The notes beneath the pieces were generated by a model. That model had not been told where the DNA came from. It was given only the letters and a program-made list of their open reading frames with translations, and searched no databases. A program made the position numbers and the translations under genes. Of a DNA stretch of 64,000 nucleotides, positions 29,097 to 38,469 are shown piece after piece; within the stretch, counting starts at the first letter, position 1, and the number at the start of each line of letters is the position of its first letter. The DNA is from Pseudonocardiales bacterium (GTDB lineage Bacteria > Actinomycetota > Actinomycetes > Mycobacteriales > Pseudonocardiaceae). The stretch is taken from contig JAFAWY010000118.1 in NCBI GenBank assembly GCA_019241525.1, forward strand, positions 47-64,046, given 5' to 3'.

Positions 29097-30184
29097 TGAG
29101 GATCGCGCTACTCACCTACTCCACAAGACCCCGGGGCAGCGTGGTGCACACCCTTGCGCTGGCTGAGGCGCTCGTCGAGGCCGGCCAGCAGGTGACGGTC
29201 TGGGCGCTGGGTCGCGCCGGGGATATCGCCTTCTTCCGACCCGTCCAGCCTGGGATGACAGTGCGCATCGTGCCGTTCCCGGAGATCACCGGCGAGGCGG
29301 TGGGCATGCGGATCCTGCGCTCCATCCGGGTGCTGGGCGACGCTTTCGACCCGAGTGGCTACGACGTGGTGCACGCGCAGGACTGCATCAGCGCCAATGC
29401 CGTGCCCCGCTGCATCCGCACCGTGCATCATCTCGACGAGTTCAGCACGCCGGAACTGGCCGCCTGCCACGAACGCGCCATCGTCAACCCCGTCGCCCAC
29501 GTCTGCGTGTCGGCCGCGGTCGCTGCGCAACTGCATGCCGGTTGGGGCATCACCGCCACGGTGATCCCCAATGGCGTCGATGCGGCGCGGTTCGCCTGCG
29601 CGGCCGGCCCGGGCGGCGCAGCCGCAAGGGCAGTGTGGGGGGCACGCCTGGGCCGTTACGTGCTGACCGTCGGGGGCATCGAACCGCGCAAAGGCTCGCT
29701 GACCCTGCTGGAGGCCTACGCGCTGTCGCGCCGGGACATGCCCGACCTGCAGCTGGCGATCGCCGGTGGCGAGACCCTGTTCGACTACCGGGACTACCGG
29801 GCCCGCTGGGAGCAGCGAGCCCAGGAACTCGCAGTCGAGCCCCTGGTGCTCGGGCCGGTGACGCACGCTGAGCTTCCCGCTCTGGTAGCCGCCGCAGGGG
29901 TCTTCGCGTTTCCCTCGACCAAGGAAGGATTCGGGCTAGCCGCGATGGAAGCGCTGGCCGCCGGTGTCCCGCTGGTCGTGTCAAACCTGCCGGTGTTCCG
30001 GGAGATCTTCACCGGCGCCGCCCGCTTCGCCGACGGTCCGGCACAGTTCGCAGCGGCATTGATGGCCGCGCTGGCCGAACCAGACGGCGCTGGCACGCGG
30101 CGAGCCGGCCGCGCACTTGTCTCCCGCTACACCTGGCCAACCACCGCCCAGCGCCACCTCGATCTCTACCGAACCCTCACCTAA
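29096..30184 (+). CDS. GT4-family glycosyltransferase (MSMEG_0565-like)
   Basis: MRIALLTYSTRPRGSVVHTLALAEAL.. and ..FPSTKEGFGLAAMEALAAGVPLVVS.. (E-x7-E region). TGATG junction with the upstream gene. Confidence 0.88.
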   Translation: MRIALLTYSTRPRGSVVHTLALAEALVEAGQQVTVWALGRAGDIAFFRPVQPGMTVRIVPFPEITGEAVGMRILRSIRVLGDAFDPSGYDVVHAQDCISANAVPRCIRTVHHLDEFSTPELAACHERAIVNPVAHVCVSAAVAAQLHAGWGITATVIPNGVDAARFACAAGPGGAAARAVWGARLGRYVLTVGGIEPRKGSLTLLEAYALSRRDMPDLQLAIAGGETLFDYRDYRARWEQRAQELAVEPLVLGPVTHAELPALVAAAGVFAFPSTKEGFGLAAMEALAAGVPLVVSNLPVFREIFTGAARFADGPAQFAAALMAALAEPDGAGTRRAGRALVSRYTWPTTAQRHLDLYRTLT

Positions 30185-30195
30185 CTCCTCCCCCA

Positions 30196-30258
30196 CCCGG
30201 CGTGTCGTGTCCTCGCGCCCGCCGTGTCGCGCCCTCCTGCCCGGTGTGTCGCGCGCCC
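30196..30258 (+). repeat. 22-bp tandem repeat array, family member 3 (3 units)
   Basis: CCCGGCGTGTCGTGTCCTC / CCCGCCGTGTCGCGCCCTC / CCCGGTGTGTCGCGCGCCC at exactly 22-bp spacing, 12 nt after the glycosyltransferase TAA. Confidence 0.9.
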
Positions 30259-30307
30259 ATGCGCTTCTGCAGATGCGGGCGTGCTCGAGAGACCACCGAT
30301 CACACAG

Positions 30308-31099
30308 TTACGGGCGTGTGGCGCTGAAGCAGAATTGGATGCAGGCGAAAGAGAACTCACCGCGCTGGTCGAGCTCGCGCTGCTCAGCCACCCAGGCGGC
30401 AACATCGGCGGCAGACAGGCCACATCGCCCAGCGACGAACTGCGAGACGAAGTGGAAAACCGTTGCGGCATAAGTGTCCGGATCAAGGTCTGCGGTGGTG
30501 AAGGCATAACCCACCATCTCGACGCCCTCGAAGCCGACCGATCGGAGTTGCGCGGCCAGCGTCCGGGGCAGGGCGGGATGAGTCAGGTGCTCGTCCCAGG
30601 CTTGCAGTACTCGCTGCATCCGGGCGGGCTCCGGTGAATGCCAGGACACGGTGCTCCAGTCGACATCCCAGACCACCACACGGCCGCCGGGCCGCACCAC
30701 GCGGTGTAGTTCGCCCAGCGCCGCCGCCACGTCCGGGACGAATTCGAGCACCTGCACGCACAGCGCGCGATCGAAAGCGGCATCATCCAACGGCAAGGCG
30801 GCTACGTCCGCCTGGTGCAACATCACGTTCGGGAAGGCCGCGCATCGACGTGCAGCGGTCGCAAGCATCTGCGGGCTGCGGTCTACTCCGACAATCGATC
30901 CGGTGGTACCCACCTGATCAACAAGCTCCGCGATGGCGAAACCTGGCCCGCAGCCCACGTCCAGGATCCGGTCCCCCGGACGGGCACCCAGCGCGTCGCG
31001 GACCAACGCACGCCGCCGCACCATGTCCCGGGTGCGGTACCGGAGGTCGAACTGCTCGGCGGCATCCTGATCGAAGACCAGCTGGCCCACTCCAGACAT
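30308..31099 (-). CDS. class I SAM-dependent methyltransferase
   Basis: Motif I ILDVGCGPGFAIAELV; 263 aa. Confidence 0.85.
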   Translation of the reverse strand: MSGVGQLVFDQDAAEQFDLRYRTRDMVRRRALVRDALGARPGDRILDVGCGPGFAIAELVDQVGTTGSIVGVDRSPQMLATAARRCAAFPNVMLHQADVAALPLDDAAFDRALCVQVLEFVPDVAAALGELHRVVRPGGRVVVWDVDWSTVSWHSPEPARMQRVLQAWDEHLTHPALPRTLAAQLRSVGFEGVEMVGYAFTTADLDPDTYAATVFHFVSQFVAGRCGLSAADVAAWVAEQRELDQRGEFSFACIQFCFSATRP

Positions 31100-31188
31100 C
31101 GTGCCCCCTCAGCGATACCGGCTGCCACAACCTCGTACCGATGTCTGAACCGCCACCGTGACCTCACCCCGCACTAGGCTCGGCGGTC

Positions 31189-33366
31189 GTGAGCGCGCCG
31201 CAGATCACGCTGACCGCCAGGCTCAGCACCTCTGCGGCAGACGCCCGGCGGGGCGTGGTGCGGCTGCACCCGGAGGTACTCGACGCGCTGGGCTTGCGAC
31301 CGTGGGACGCGGTGCGGCTCACCGGTGCCCGGACCACTGCAGCACTCGCCGCAGCCGGGCAGACCACTCCCGGTACGGCGCTGGTCGACGACCTGACGCT
31401 GTCCAACCTCGGGCTGACCGACGGGTCGGAAGTGGTGGTCGCGCCGGTGCAGGTGCCGGCCGCACGCTCGATCACCGTCGCCGGCTCCACCTTGGTCAGC
31501 CGCGTGGTGAGCCCGGAGACGCTGCGGCTGGCACTGGCCGGCAAGGTTGTCACCGCCGGGGATGCCGTGTCCTTGCTGCCCCAGGACGTGTCCCCGGGGT
31601 CGGATGCCAGCACCGCGCGTAGCCGGCTGGCCGCCGCGATCGGGGTCAGCTGGACCAGCGAACTGCTCACCGTGACCGCCACCGACCCAGCCGGACCGGT
31701 TGCGCCGCACCCGTCCACGGTGATCGGTTGGCGAGGCGGCCAGCGCTCCGCGGGGAGACCAGAGCAGCCACCGCACAGCGACCCAAAACCGGAACTACCC
31801 GTCCCGGCGGTCGCCGATCTGGTCGGGGCCCAGGACGCCGCCCGGCGGCTGGCCGAGTGGTTCGAGCTCACCTTCCACCGCCCCGAGCTGTTGCAAAGGT
31901 TGGGCGCCAGCACCCGTCTCGGGGTTGCGCTGCACGGCCCCGCAGGCGTCGGTAAGGCCACGGTGGTACGGGCGGTGGCCCGCGATGCCGGAGCGCATCT
32001 CGTGGAGCTGGCCGGCCCGAGCGCGGCTGCGCTGCAGCCCGGCGACGCCGCCCAACGGGTGCAGGAGGCCATCACCGCCGCCCGGCAGCGTCAACCGAGC
32101 GTGCTGCTGATCACCGACATCGAGGCGCTGCTGCCGGCCACCAACCCGCCGCCGCTGGCCACCGTCGTGCTCGACGTGCTGGCGCCGGCGCTGGACGATG
32201 TCGCGCTGGTCGTCACCACGGCGCACCCGGAGTCGGTCGATCCCCGGCTGCGCGCACCCGATCTGGTCGACCGCGAGCTGTCCATACCGCTACCCGATGG
32301 GCGCACCCGCACCGAACTGCTCCGGGTGCTGCTGATTGCAGTGCCGCTGGCGGCGGGCGTTGACCTGGCGGCGATAGGGGAGCGCACTCCGGGTTTCGTC
32401 GCGGCCGATCTCGTGGCGCTGCGCCGGGAGGCAGCGGTGCGGGCCGCGCTACGCCACGCTTCCGGCAACGAATCTGACCTGACGATCACCCAGCAGGATC
32501 TCATCGACGCGCTGGATACCGTGCGGCCGGTGTCGATGTCCACCTCGAACACCGTGCTCACCGGTGGACTGACCCTCGACGAGGTCGGTGACATGGTGCA
32601 GACCAAGCAGGCGCTGACCGAGGCGGTGCTGTGGCCGCTGCGCTACCCCGATTCGTTCACCCGTCTCGGCGTCGACCCGCCGCGCGGGGTGCTGCTCTAC
32701 GGACCACCCGGTTGCGGCAAGACCTTCCTGATCCGGGCGCTGGCCGGCTCGGGTGCGCTCAACGTGTTCTCGGTCAAGGGGGCCGAACTGCTGGACAAGT
32801 GGGTCGGGGAATCGGAACGGGCAGTGCGGGAATTGTTTCGACGAGCCCGCGACGCCGCACCTGCGCTGGTGTTCCTCGACGAGGTCGACGCGCTGGCTCC
32901 GCGTCGCGGTGGGTCCTCAGACGCTGGAGTCGCCGATCGGGTGGTAGCCGCCCTGCTCACCGAGCTGGACGGGGTGGAGCCGATGCGTGATGTGGTGGTC
33001 CTCGGCGCCACCAACCGTCCCGAGCTCATCGACCCGGCATTACTACGACCCGGCCGGCTGGAACGCCTGGTGTACGTACCACCGCCAGACGCCCAGGCCC
33101 GCGCCGCCATCCTGCGCGCTGCGGCCCGCAACACTCCCCTGGCCGCCGATGTTGATCTCGACGCACTCGCCGCTGACCTGGATGGTTATTCCGCGGCGGA
33201 TTGTTCGGCCCTGATCCGTGAGACCGCGTTGACTGCGATGCGGCAGTCCTTGGACGCCACCGAGGTGACGTCCGAGCAGCTGGCCACCGCCCGCCGCACC
33301 GTTCGCCCATCCCTGGACCCGATCCAGCTAGCCGAACTGGCCCATTACGCAGACACGCGCACCTAG
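31189..33366 (+). CDS. CDC48/p97-like double-AAA ATPase (Rv0435c/Msm0858 type)
   Basis: N-domain QITLTARLSTSAADARRGVVRLHPEVLDALGLRPWDAVRLTG; D1 GPAGVGKA; D2 GPPGCGKTFL with DEVDAL Walker B. Confidence 0.92.
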   Translation: MSAPQITLTARLSTSAADARRGVVRLHPEVLDALGLRPWDAVRLTGARTTAALAAAGQTTPGTALVDDLTLSNLGLTDGSEVVVAPVQVPAARSITVAGSTLVSRVVSPETLRLALAGKVVTAGDAVSLLPQDVSPGSDASTARSRLAAAIGVSWTSELLTVTATDPAGPVAPHPSTVIGWRGGQRSAGRPEQPPHSDPKPELPVPAVADLVGAQDAARRLAEWFELTFHRPELLQRLGASTRLGVALHGPAGVGKATVVRAVARDAGAHLVELAGPSAAALQPGDAAQRVQEAITAARQRQPSVLLITDIEALLPATNPPPLATVVLDVLAPALDDVALVVTTAHPESVDPRLRAPDLVDRELSIPLPDGRTRTELLRVLLIAVPLAAGVDLAAIGERTPGFVAADLVALRREAAVRAALRHASGNESDLTITQQDLIDALDTVRPVSMSTSNTVLTGGLTLDEVGDMVQTKQALTEAVLWPLRYPDSFTRLGVDPPRGVLLYGPPGCGKTFLIRALAGSGALNVFSVKGAELLDKWVGESERAVRELFRRARDAAPALVFLDEVDALAPRRGGSSDAGVADRVVAALLTELDGVEPMRDVVVLGATNRPELIDPALLRPGRLERLVYVPPPDAQARAAILRAAARNTPLAADVDLDALAADLDGYSAADCSALIRETALTAMRQSLDATEVTSEQLATARRTVRPSLDPIQLAELAHYADTRT

Positions 33367-33371
33367 CGCAA

Positions 33372-34421
33372 CTAGCCGGCGCGGGCCAGTTCCCGGTGGA
33401 AGGTGCGCTGGCAACGCTGCCACGGCTCGGAGCTGCCCAACGATGCCAGGTGCGGCAGGAGATCGGCGCTGAAGGCGATGCTCGCTTCCTGGGGCAACAG
33501 TGCGGGCAGGTTGTCAATGGCGATGATGTCGAGCGGTCGGAGCCCTTCGCGCAGCCGCCGGGTCGGCGCTGTCCAGCTCGTGGTGCGGTCATTGATGGGC
33601 AGCATGTTGCAGGCTGAGGTGACGTCGCACGTGACGTCGGAGATGGCGGTCAGCCGGCGGCCCGGGTCTTCGAGATCCGCTGAGGTGAGAAAAGGCGATT
33701 GCGGTTCGGTGACCAGCACCGCGTTAACCAGGACGTCGTGCCCGAGCAGGGCCGCCCGGTCCAGCGTTTCGGTGTCCTCGAGACCCCAGCAGGCCGGCGT
33801 GATGCCGGCGGTGGCCAATGCTGCCTGCGCGCCGCGCCCGCACCGCCCGAATGCGCCGATGATCAGCGCTTGGGGTGGCACTCCCCGGCGTGACCGCGCT
33901 AACGCCGCATCCAGTGCGTCCTTCGTCATCGGCTGTAACGGCGAGCTGAGTTGCCCCTGGTGATGCAGCGCCGCGAGCGCGGCACCGACGTAGCCGGCCC
34001 AGTACCCGAAGGCGGCAAGCCGATGCCCCCGACCGTCCACCAGGTACTCCAGATCGAACAGGGTGCCGCCGCCCGCGGTGAACCGGCGCAACAGCTGCCG
34101 GCCGCCACGCTGCCCCTTGTAGGCGTGGCCGAAGAACACATGGCGGTGGCGCAACGCCACCGGGGCGTCCGGTAACTCCTTCAAGCCAATGATGAACTCG
34201 TCGCCGGGCGCATCGACCCAGCTGCCCGGCTCGGCAATGCGGCATCCAACCGCGGCGTAATCGGAGATGGGGAACGCCCGCTGCGGAGAATCCTCGACCG
34301 TCACCGGGATCCCGTCTTCAATGAGCAGCCGAGCGTCCGCAGGCACGATCGGCGTGCGCCGTTCGGTGGCTCGCACCTCATGACGAATCCAGAGGCGGAG
34401 GGTTTCGGTCATCCCTGTCAT
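33372..34421 (-). CDS. saccharopine dehydrogenase (L-lysine-forming, LYS1-like) family protein
   Basis: LWIRHEVRATERRTPIVP..VEDSPQRAFP..IIGLKELPD..FGHAYKGQ..LFDLEYL..AAFGYWAGYVGAALA parallels yeast Lys1. Confidence 0.8.
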   Translation of the reverse strand: MTGMTETLRLWIRHEVRATERRTPIVPADARLLIEDGIPVTVEDSPQRAFPISDYAAVGCRIAEPGSWVDAPGDEFIIGLKELPDAPVALRHRHVFFGHAYKGQRGGRQLLRRFTAGGGTLFDLEYLVDGRGHRLAAFGYWAGYVGAALAALHHQGQLSSPLQPMTKDALDAALARSRRGVPPQALIIGAFGRCGRGAQAALATAGITPACWGLEDTETLDRAALLGHDVLVNAVLVTEPQSPFLTSADLEDPGRRLTAISDVTCDVTSACNMLPINDRTTSWTAPTRRLREGLRPLDIIAIDNLPALLPQEASIAFSADLLPHLASLGSSEPWQRCQRTFHRELARAG

Positions 34422-34434
34422 CGCTGTCTCGTTG

Positions 34435-35046
34435 TCAGTGACGGTAATCGTTCGTCACGATGACGATCATGCCGGGGCCGACGTGAGTAATACCCGGGGA
34501 ACGCGGTTCGGCGCGCATCCCGAACGCGGATGCGATTGCCTCCGCATCGGCCCGCTGATCGCTGTCCTTTGAAAAGTCCTCCTGGTAGTACACGGTCGTC
34601 GTCGGGATGATTCCCCAGGGATAATTGCCAACCTCGACCACCGTCCAACCGGCGGCGGTGAGATCGCGTGCGACCCGCGCGGCCAGACCACGAATGGTGC
34701 TGTTGTTGTAGACCCGCACCTCGCCGCGACTCACCGTCGTCCCGCTGGCTGGGCCACCTGCGGGGACCGCCTCGCCGGCCGCTGGTGGCCCAGGTGCTAC
34801 CGGCGCCGGCTGCGGGGATGGGATGACAACGGGACTGGTAGGCACCGGCGGCGGGAAAGGAATCATGGTGGGTCGTGGTGGCGGCGCCGCGATCGGTGGG
34901 GTGGCCGGGGACGGCACAGCCGGCTGCCTGTTATGAGCGAACACCAGGACCACACCGATCGTGGCGGCCATAACCGCCAGCGCGATCAGGGCTATCCCGG
35001 CGGTGCGCAGCCGGCGATCGGGGCCGCCGTTCTTTGGGGTACTCAT
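34435..35046 (-). CDS. LytR C-terminal domain protein with Pro-rich linker and N-terminal TM (Rv0431-like)
   Basis: ..VRVYNNSTIRGLAARVARDLTAAGWTVVEVGNY.. Confidence 0.8.
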   Translation of the reverse strand: MSTPKNGGPDRRLRTAGIALIALAVMAATIGVVLVFAHNRQPAVPSPATPPIAAPPPRPTMIPFPPPVPTSPVVIPSPQPAPVAPGPPAAGEAVPAGGPASGTTVSRGEVRVYNNSTIRGLAARVARDLTAAGWTVVEVGNYPWGIIPTTTVYYQEDFSKDSDQRADAEAIASAFGMRAEPRSPGITHVGPGMIVIVTNDYRH

Positions 35047-35049
35047 GAT

Positions 35050-35346
35050 CTACGTCGAGTCGACACCAAGCCGGCGGGCGGCTCGGGCGCGCTGCCGGCT
35101 CGACCGGAGCCGGCGCAACCGCTTGACCAGCATGGGATCCGCAGCAAGGGCCTCGGGTCGGTCGATCATGTTGTTGAGTGCCTGGTAGTAGCGGGTCGCG
35201 GAGATGCCGAACTGTTCCCGGATGGCCTGCTCCTTGGCCCCGGCATAGCGCCACCACTGCCGCTCGAAGGCCAACATCTCCTGTTCCCGGTCGCTCAAAC
35301 CCCCGGATTGGCCATCACTCGGATGTAGCGTTCCTGCGGCGTCCAT
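35050..35346 (-). CDS. DUF3263 domain protein (Rv0430-like)
   Basis: LSDREQEMLAFERQWWRYAGAKEQAIREQFGISATRYYQALNNMIDRPEALAADPMLVKRLRRLR. Confidence 0.85.
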   Translation of the reverse strand: MDAAGTLHPSDGQSGGLSDREQEMLAFERQWWRYAGAKEQAIREQFGISATRYYQALNNMIDRPEALAADPMLVKRLRRLRSSRQRARAARRLGVDST

Positions 35347-35494
35347 CGCGTTCCTCGTCCCGCACGATCACTGATGAATTACAGCGGTGTGATTCCGCGG
35401 TGCATTCAACCACGTAACAGCCCCAATACCGCGACGGCGCCCCCTGACTCCCCACCGCTCACCGCGGCGCCGGCCGAGATTACTGTTGGCCATC

Positions 35495-36061
35495 ATGGCT
35501 GTTCGCCCAATTCGCATCGTCGGCGATCCGGTACTACAGACCCCGACCAGGCTGGTCACGGACTTCGACGAAGAGTTGCATGTCCTGGTCCAGGACATGT
35601 TCGACACGATGGAGGCGGCCCGGGGAGTTGGACTGGCGGCCAACCAGATTGGTGTGGACCTGCGCGTGTTCGTCTACGACTGCACGGATGCACACGATGC
35701 CAGGTACCGGGGCGTGGTAGCTAACCCGGTGCTGGAAACCAGTGAGCGCCCCGAAACCATGCCTGATCCGGACGACGATTGGGAGGGCTGCCTGTCCGTG
35801 CCCGGTGAGGGATTCCCCACCGGCCGGGCCAGCTGGGCGAAAGTCACGGGGGTCGATGCCGACGGGGCACCGGTCACCGTGGAGGGCACCGGATTGCTCG
35901 CGCGCTGCCTCCAGCACGAGACCGATCACCTCGACGGCATCCTGTACCTCAACCGGCTGGTGGGCCGGCACGCCAGGGCAGCGAAAAAGATGCTCAAAGC
36001 ACAAGGCTGGGGCGTACCCGGACTGTCCTGGGACCCTGCCACGGATGCGCCAAAGAGCTGA
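35495..36061 (+). CDS. def: peptide deformylase
   Basis: [15 protein letters not shown].., [29 protein letters not shown] 35495 matches mycobacterial N-termini; the track start is a TTG 9 nt upstream. Confidence 0.96.
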   Translation: MAVRPIRIVGDPVLQTPTRLVTDFDEELHVLVQDMFDTMEAARGVGLAANQIGVDLRVFVYDCTDAHDARYRGVVANPVLETSERPETMPDPDDDWEGCLSVPGEGFPTGRASWAKVTGVDADGAPVTVEGTGLLARCLQHETDHLDGILYLNRLVGRHARAAKKMLKAQGWGVPGLSWDPATDAPKS

Positions 36062-36219
36062 GCCGACAGCGCCCCCAGCGTGCTGTCAACTCGACGCAAC
36101 TGACGTTTGCGGCGGTCCCAGGTCGCTAGCGTCAAGTTCACGGCGGGTCCCGGCTACGCCGGAACACCGAGGAATGCGGCAACGTTGTTACGGCAGCAAC
36201 GTTGTAATGCTGAAAGTCG

Positions 36220-37140
36220 GTGCTCGCGGTGGATCCCATGGATGCCTATTCCCGCACGGTCAGTTCGGTGGCGGCAGCCGTCACCCCGCATGTCGCCAGC
36301 CTGCGGATCGGCGCGGGTGCCGGGTCTGCGGTCGTCTTCACCGATGACGGGTTACTGCTGACCAACGCGCATGTCGTGGGAAATGCGCGCGACGGCGTCG
36401 CCGCATTCACCGACGGCACGGAAAGCCGCTTTGACGTGGTGGGCACCGACCCGCTGTCCGATCTCGCGGTACTTCGCACCCGCAGTGCAACACCGTCGGC
36501 GGCCGTGCTCGGTGACGCCGACGAACTGGTCGTCGGGCAGCTGGTGGTTGCCGTTGGCAACCCCCTGGGGCTGGCCGGATCAGTGACCGCAGGAGTCGTC
36601 AGCGGGTTGGGACGCTCCCTGCCGGTACGGTCGGGCCGTGCCATGCGGGTTATCGAAGACGTGATCCAGACCGACGCCGCGCTCAACCCTGGCAACTCCG
36701 GCGGCGCGCTGGCCGATGCAACCGCCAAGGTAGTGGGCATCAATACCGCCGTCGCCGGTTTCGGGCTCGGCATGGCGGTGCCGGTCAACGCGACCACCCG
36801 CCGGATCATCGGCGCGCTCCTGGCCGACGGCCGGGTGCGCCGCGGCTACCTCGGCCTGGTCGGGGTACCGGCACCACTGCCTGCGCCGGTTGCACAGCGC
36901 ACTGGCCAAGCCACCGGCCTGCGCCTGGTGGAGGTTATCCCGGGCAGCCCCGCCGCTCGGGCCGGCCTGCGGGCCGGTGATCTGGTGCTGAGCGCGGGAC
37001 GCCAACCGGTCACCGACGCTCAGGGCATCCAACGCCAGCTGTTCTCCGAGGCCATCGGCAAGAGGTTACCGATCACCGTGCTGCGCAACGGCGCGATGGT
37101 GGACGTCATCACCATGCCCACCGAGCTGGTCTCCACCTGA
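36220..37140 (+). CDS. S1C (HtrA-like) trypsin-fold serine protease with PDZ domain, no signal peptide
   Basis: Catalytic triad in TNAHVV (His), DLAVLR (Asp), GNSGGAL (Ser). C-terminal PDZ-like ..GLRLVEVIPGSPAARAGLRAGDLVL... Confidence 0.85.
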   Translation: MLAVDPMDAYSRTVSSVAAAVTPHVASLRIGAGAGSAVVFTDDGLLLTNAHVVGNARDGVAAFTDGTESRFDVVGTDPLSDLAVLRTRSATPSAAVLGDADELVVGQLVVAVGNPLGLAGSVTAGVVSGLGRSLPVRSGRAMRVIEDVIQTDAALNPGNSGGALADATAKVVGINTAVAGFGLGMAVPVNATTRRIIGALLADGRVRRGYLGLVGVPAPLPAPVAQRTGQATGLRLVEVIPGSPAARAGLRAGDLVLSAGRQPVTDAQGIQRQLFSEAIGKRLPITVLRNGAMVDVITMPTELVST

Positions 37141-37231
37141 GCAGCAGAGACACGCCGTAACCGGTTCGTCGCGCACAGCGACGGATGGTGTGCCACTATC
37201 GCTCCCAGTGTCCGGCCTGGAGGAGTCATCT

Positions 37232-37981
37232 GTGATCACATCCCCACCACGCGGACGGTATGACTGGCCGTGGCGGGGTGGGCCGTCGTTTGTCACCCCA
37301 GACGGCTCCCGGGTGTTGCTGCAGGGGCCCGCGGTGGATGTGTCCAGGCCGTGGTCGTGCGACTTCACCGCGCTGGTGCGCGGTACTCGGCGCAGCTTCA
37401 CCGTCGCCGAGGCCGGTGCCTACGACTGGCACAGCACCTACACCACCATCCCCGATCGGACGCTGCGCCAGCCCTACCGTGGCGGTGAGCTGATCACCGG
37501 CATCCGGGACAACCCCGCTCGCCCGGAACCTCCCGACTACCGGGCAGCCTGGCGCGGGCAATGGTTCGAGCTGCATACCCGGGCCTCCGGAGCTCCCGAC
37601 GGCGTCACGGCAATCTTCGACGCGTTCCGGCTGACCGACACGCCGCTGGGCATGCTGGTGGCGCCCCGCAGCGCTGGGCAGGTCCAGGCAGAGCCGGTAC
37701 GGGTGGCCAAGGAAGTGCCCAGGATCGGCTACCTGATGATCGAACGCCCCGGCACCACCCAGGTGACGGTGCCGGACTTCCGGGGTCTGCCAACCCGGCA
37801 CGGGGAACTGTGGCGCCAACCGCTGGGTCCCGGTGCGCAGGGTCGAGCTCGGCCGGACGCCCTGGTCTTGGCCACTCCCACTGCGGTGATCCGGCTGGTT
37901 CCCGGCCCAACCGACACTCCGGATGCAAACCAGGTACTAGCGTTTCTTCACGAGTTGAACGTCACCTGGGAGTCACCATGA
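37232..37981 (+). CDS. hypothetical protein (249 aa), first gene of the MauE-like operon
   Basis: GTG 37232 lies 7 nt after GGAGGAG. High GC3. The stop overlaps the next ATG (ATGA). I recognise no motif, signal peptide or TM segment. Confidence 0.6.
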   Translation: MITSPPRGRYDWPWRGGPSFVTPDGSRVLLQGPAVDVSRPWSCDFTALVRGTRRSFTVAEAGAYDWHSTYTTIPDRTLRQPYRGGELITGIRDNPARPEPPDYRAAWRGQWFELHTRASGAPDGVTAIFDAFRLTDTPLGMLVAPRSAGQVQAEPVRVAKEVPRIGYLMIERPGTTQVTVPDFRGLPTRHGELWRQPLGPGAQGRARPDALVLATPTAVIRLVPGPTDTPDANQVLAFLHELNVTWESP

Positions 37982-38469
37982 TGCTGCTTGGAGTTCCTGT
38001 CCTCGCAGCGGCATTCCTTCTTGTCGAAGCGGGGCTTGAGCATCTGCGCGAACCGAAATACCTGGCGCGCGCGGCGGGCACCGGCCTTGCCACAGCCCGG
38101 GCCATCGCGGTCGTGGAGCTGCTGATCGGAGCGCCCTCCGCGGCTGCGGTGATCTTCGGTTTCGCCGAGCTGCGCTGGGCGCTGGCCGCCCAGACGGCTA
38201 TCTACCTGGCCTTCGCCGCTCACCTGTGGTGGCGCCACCACCGCGGGGACCAGTCCGATTGCGGCTGCAACCGGATGGGCACCCAAGTCGGGCCCGGAGG
38301 GATCGCCCGCGCCGTGGTGCTGTCCGTCGCCACGCTGGTCGCGACGGCGCTCTATCCAGCGGCCGCATTACCCGGAGGTGGTGTCGCCGTGCTGCTAGTC
38401 GGCTGCGCGTTGGTGCTCGCGTTTCTGCTCTACACCCTGCCGGCCGCTGTTGACGGGCGAGTCGCATGA
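37978..38469 (+). CDS. MauE/DoxX-family redox-associated membrane protein
   Basis: 163 aa, about 4 TM segments, MMLLGVPVLAAAFLLVEAGLEHLREP.. N-terminus and a central ..HHRGDQSDCGCNR.. loop, as in MauE-type proteins. ATGA junctions on both sides. Confidence 0.7.
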   Translation: MMLLGVPVLAAAFLLVEAGLEHLREPKYLARAAGTGLATARAIAVVELLIGAPSAAAVIFGFAELRWALAAQTAIYLAFAAHLWWRHHRGDQSDCGCNRMGTQVGPGGIARAVVLSVATLVATALYPAAALPGGGVAVLLVGCALVLAFLLYTLPAAVDGRVA

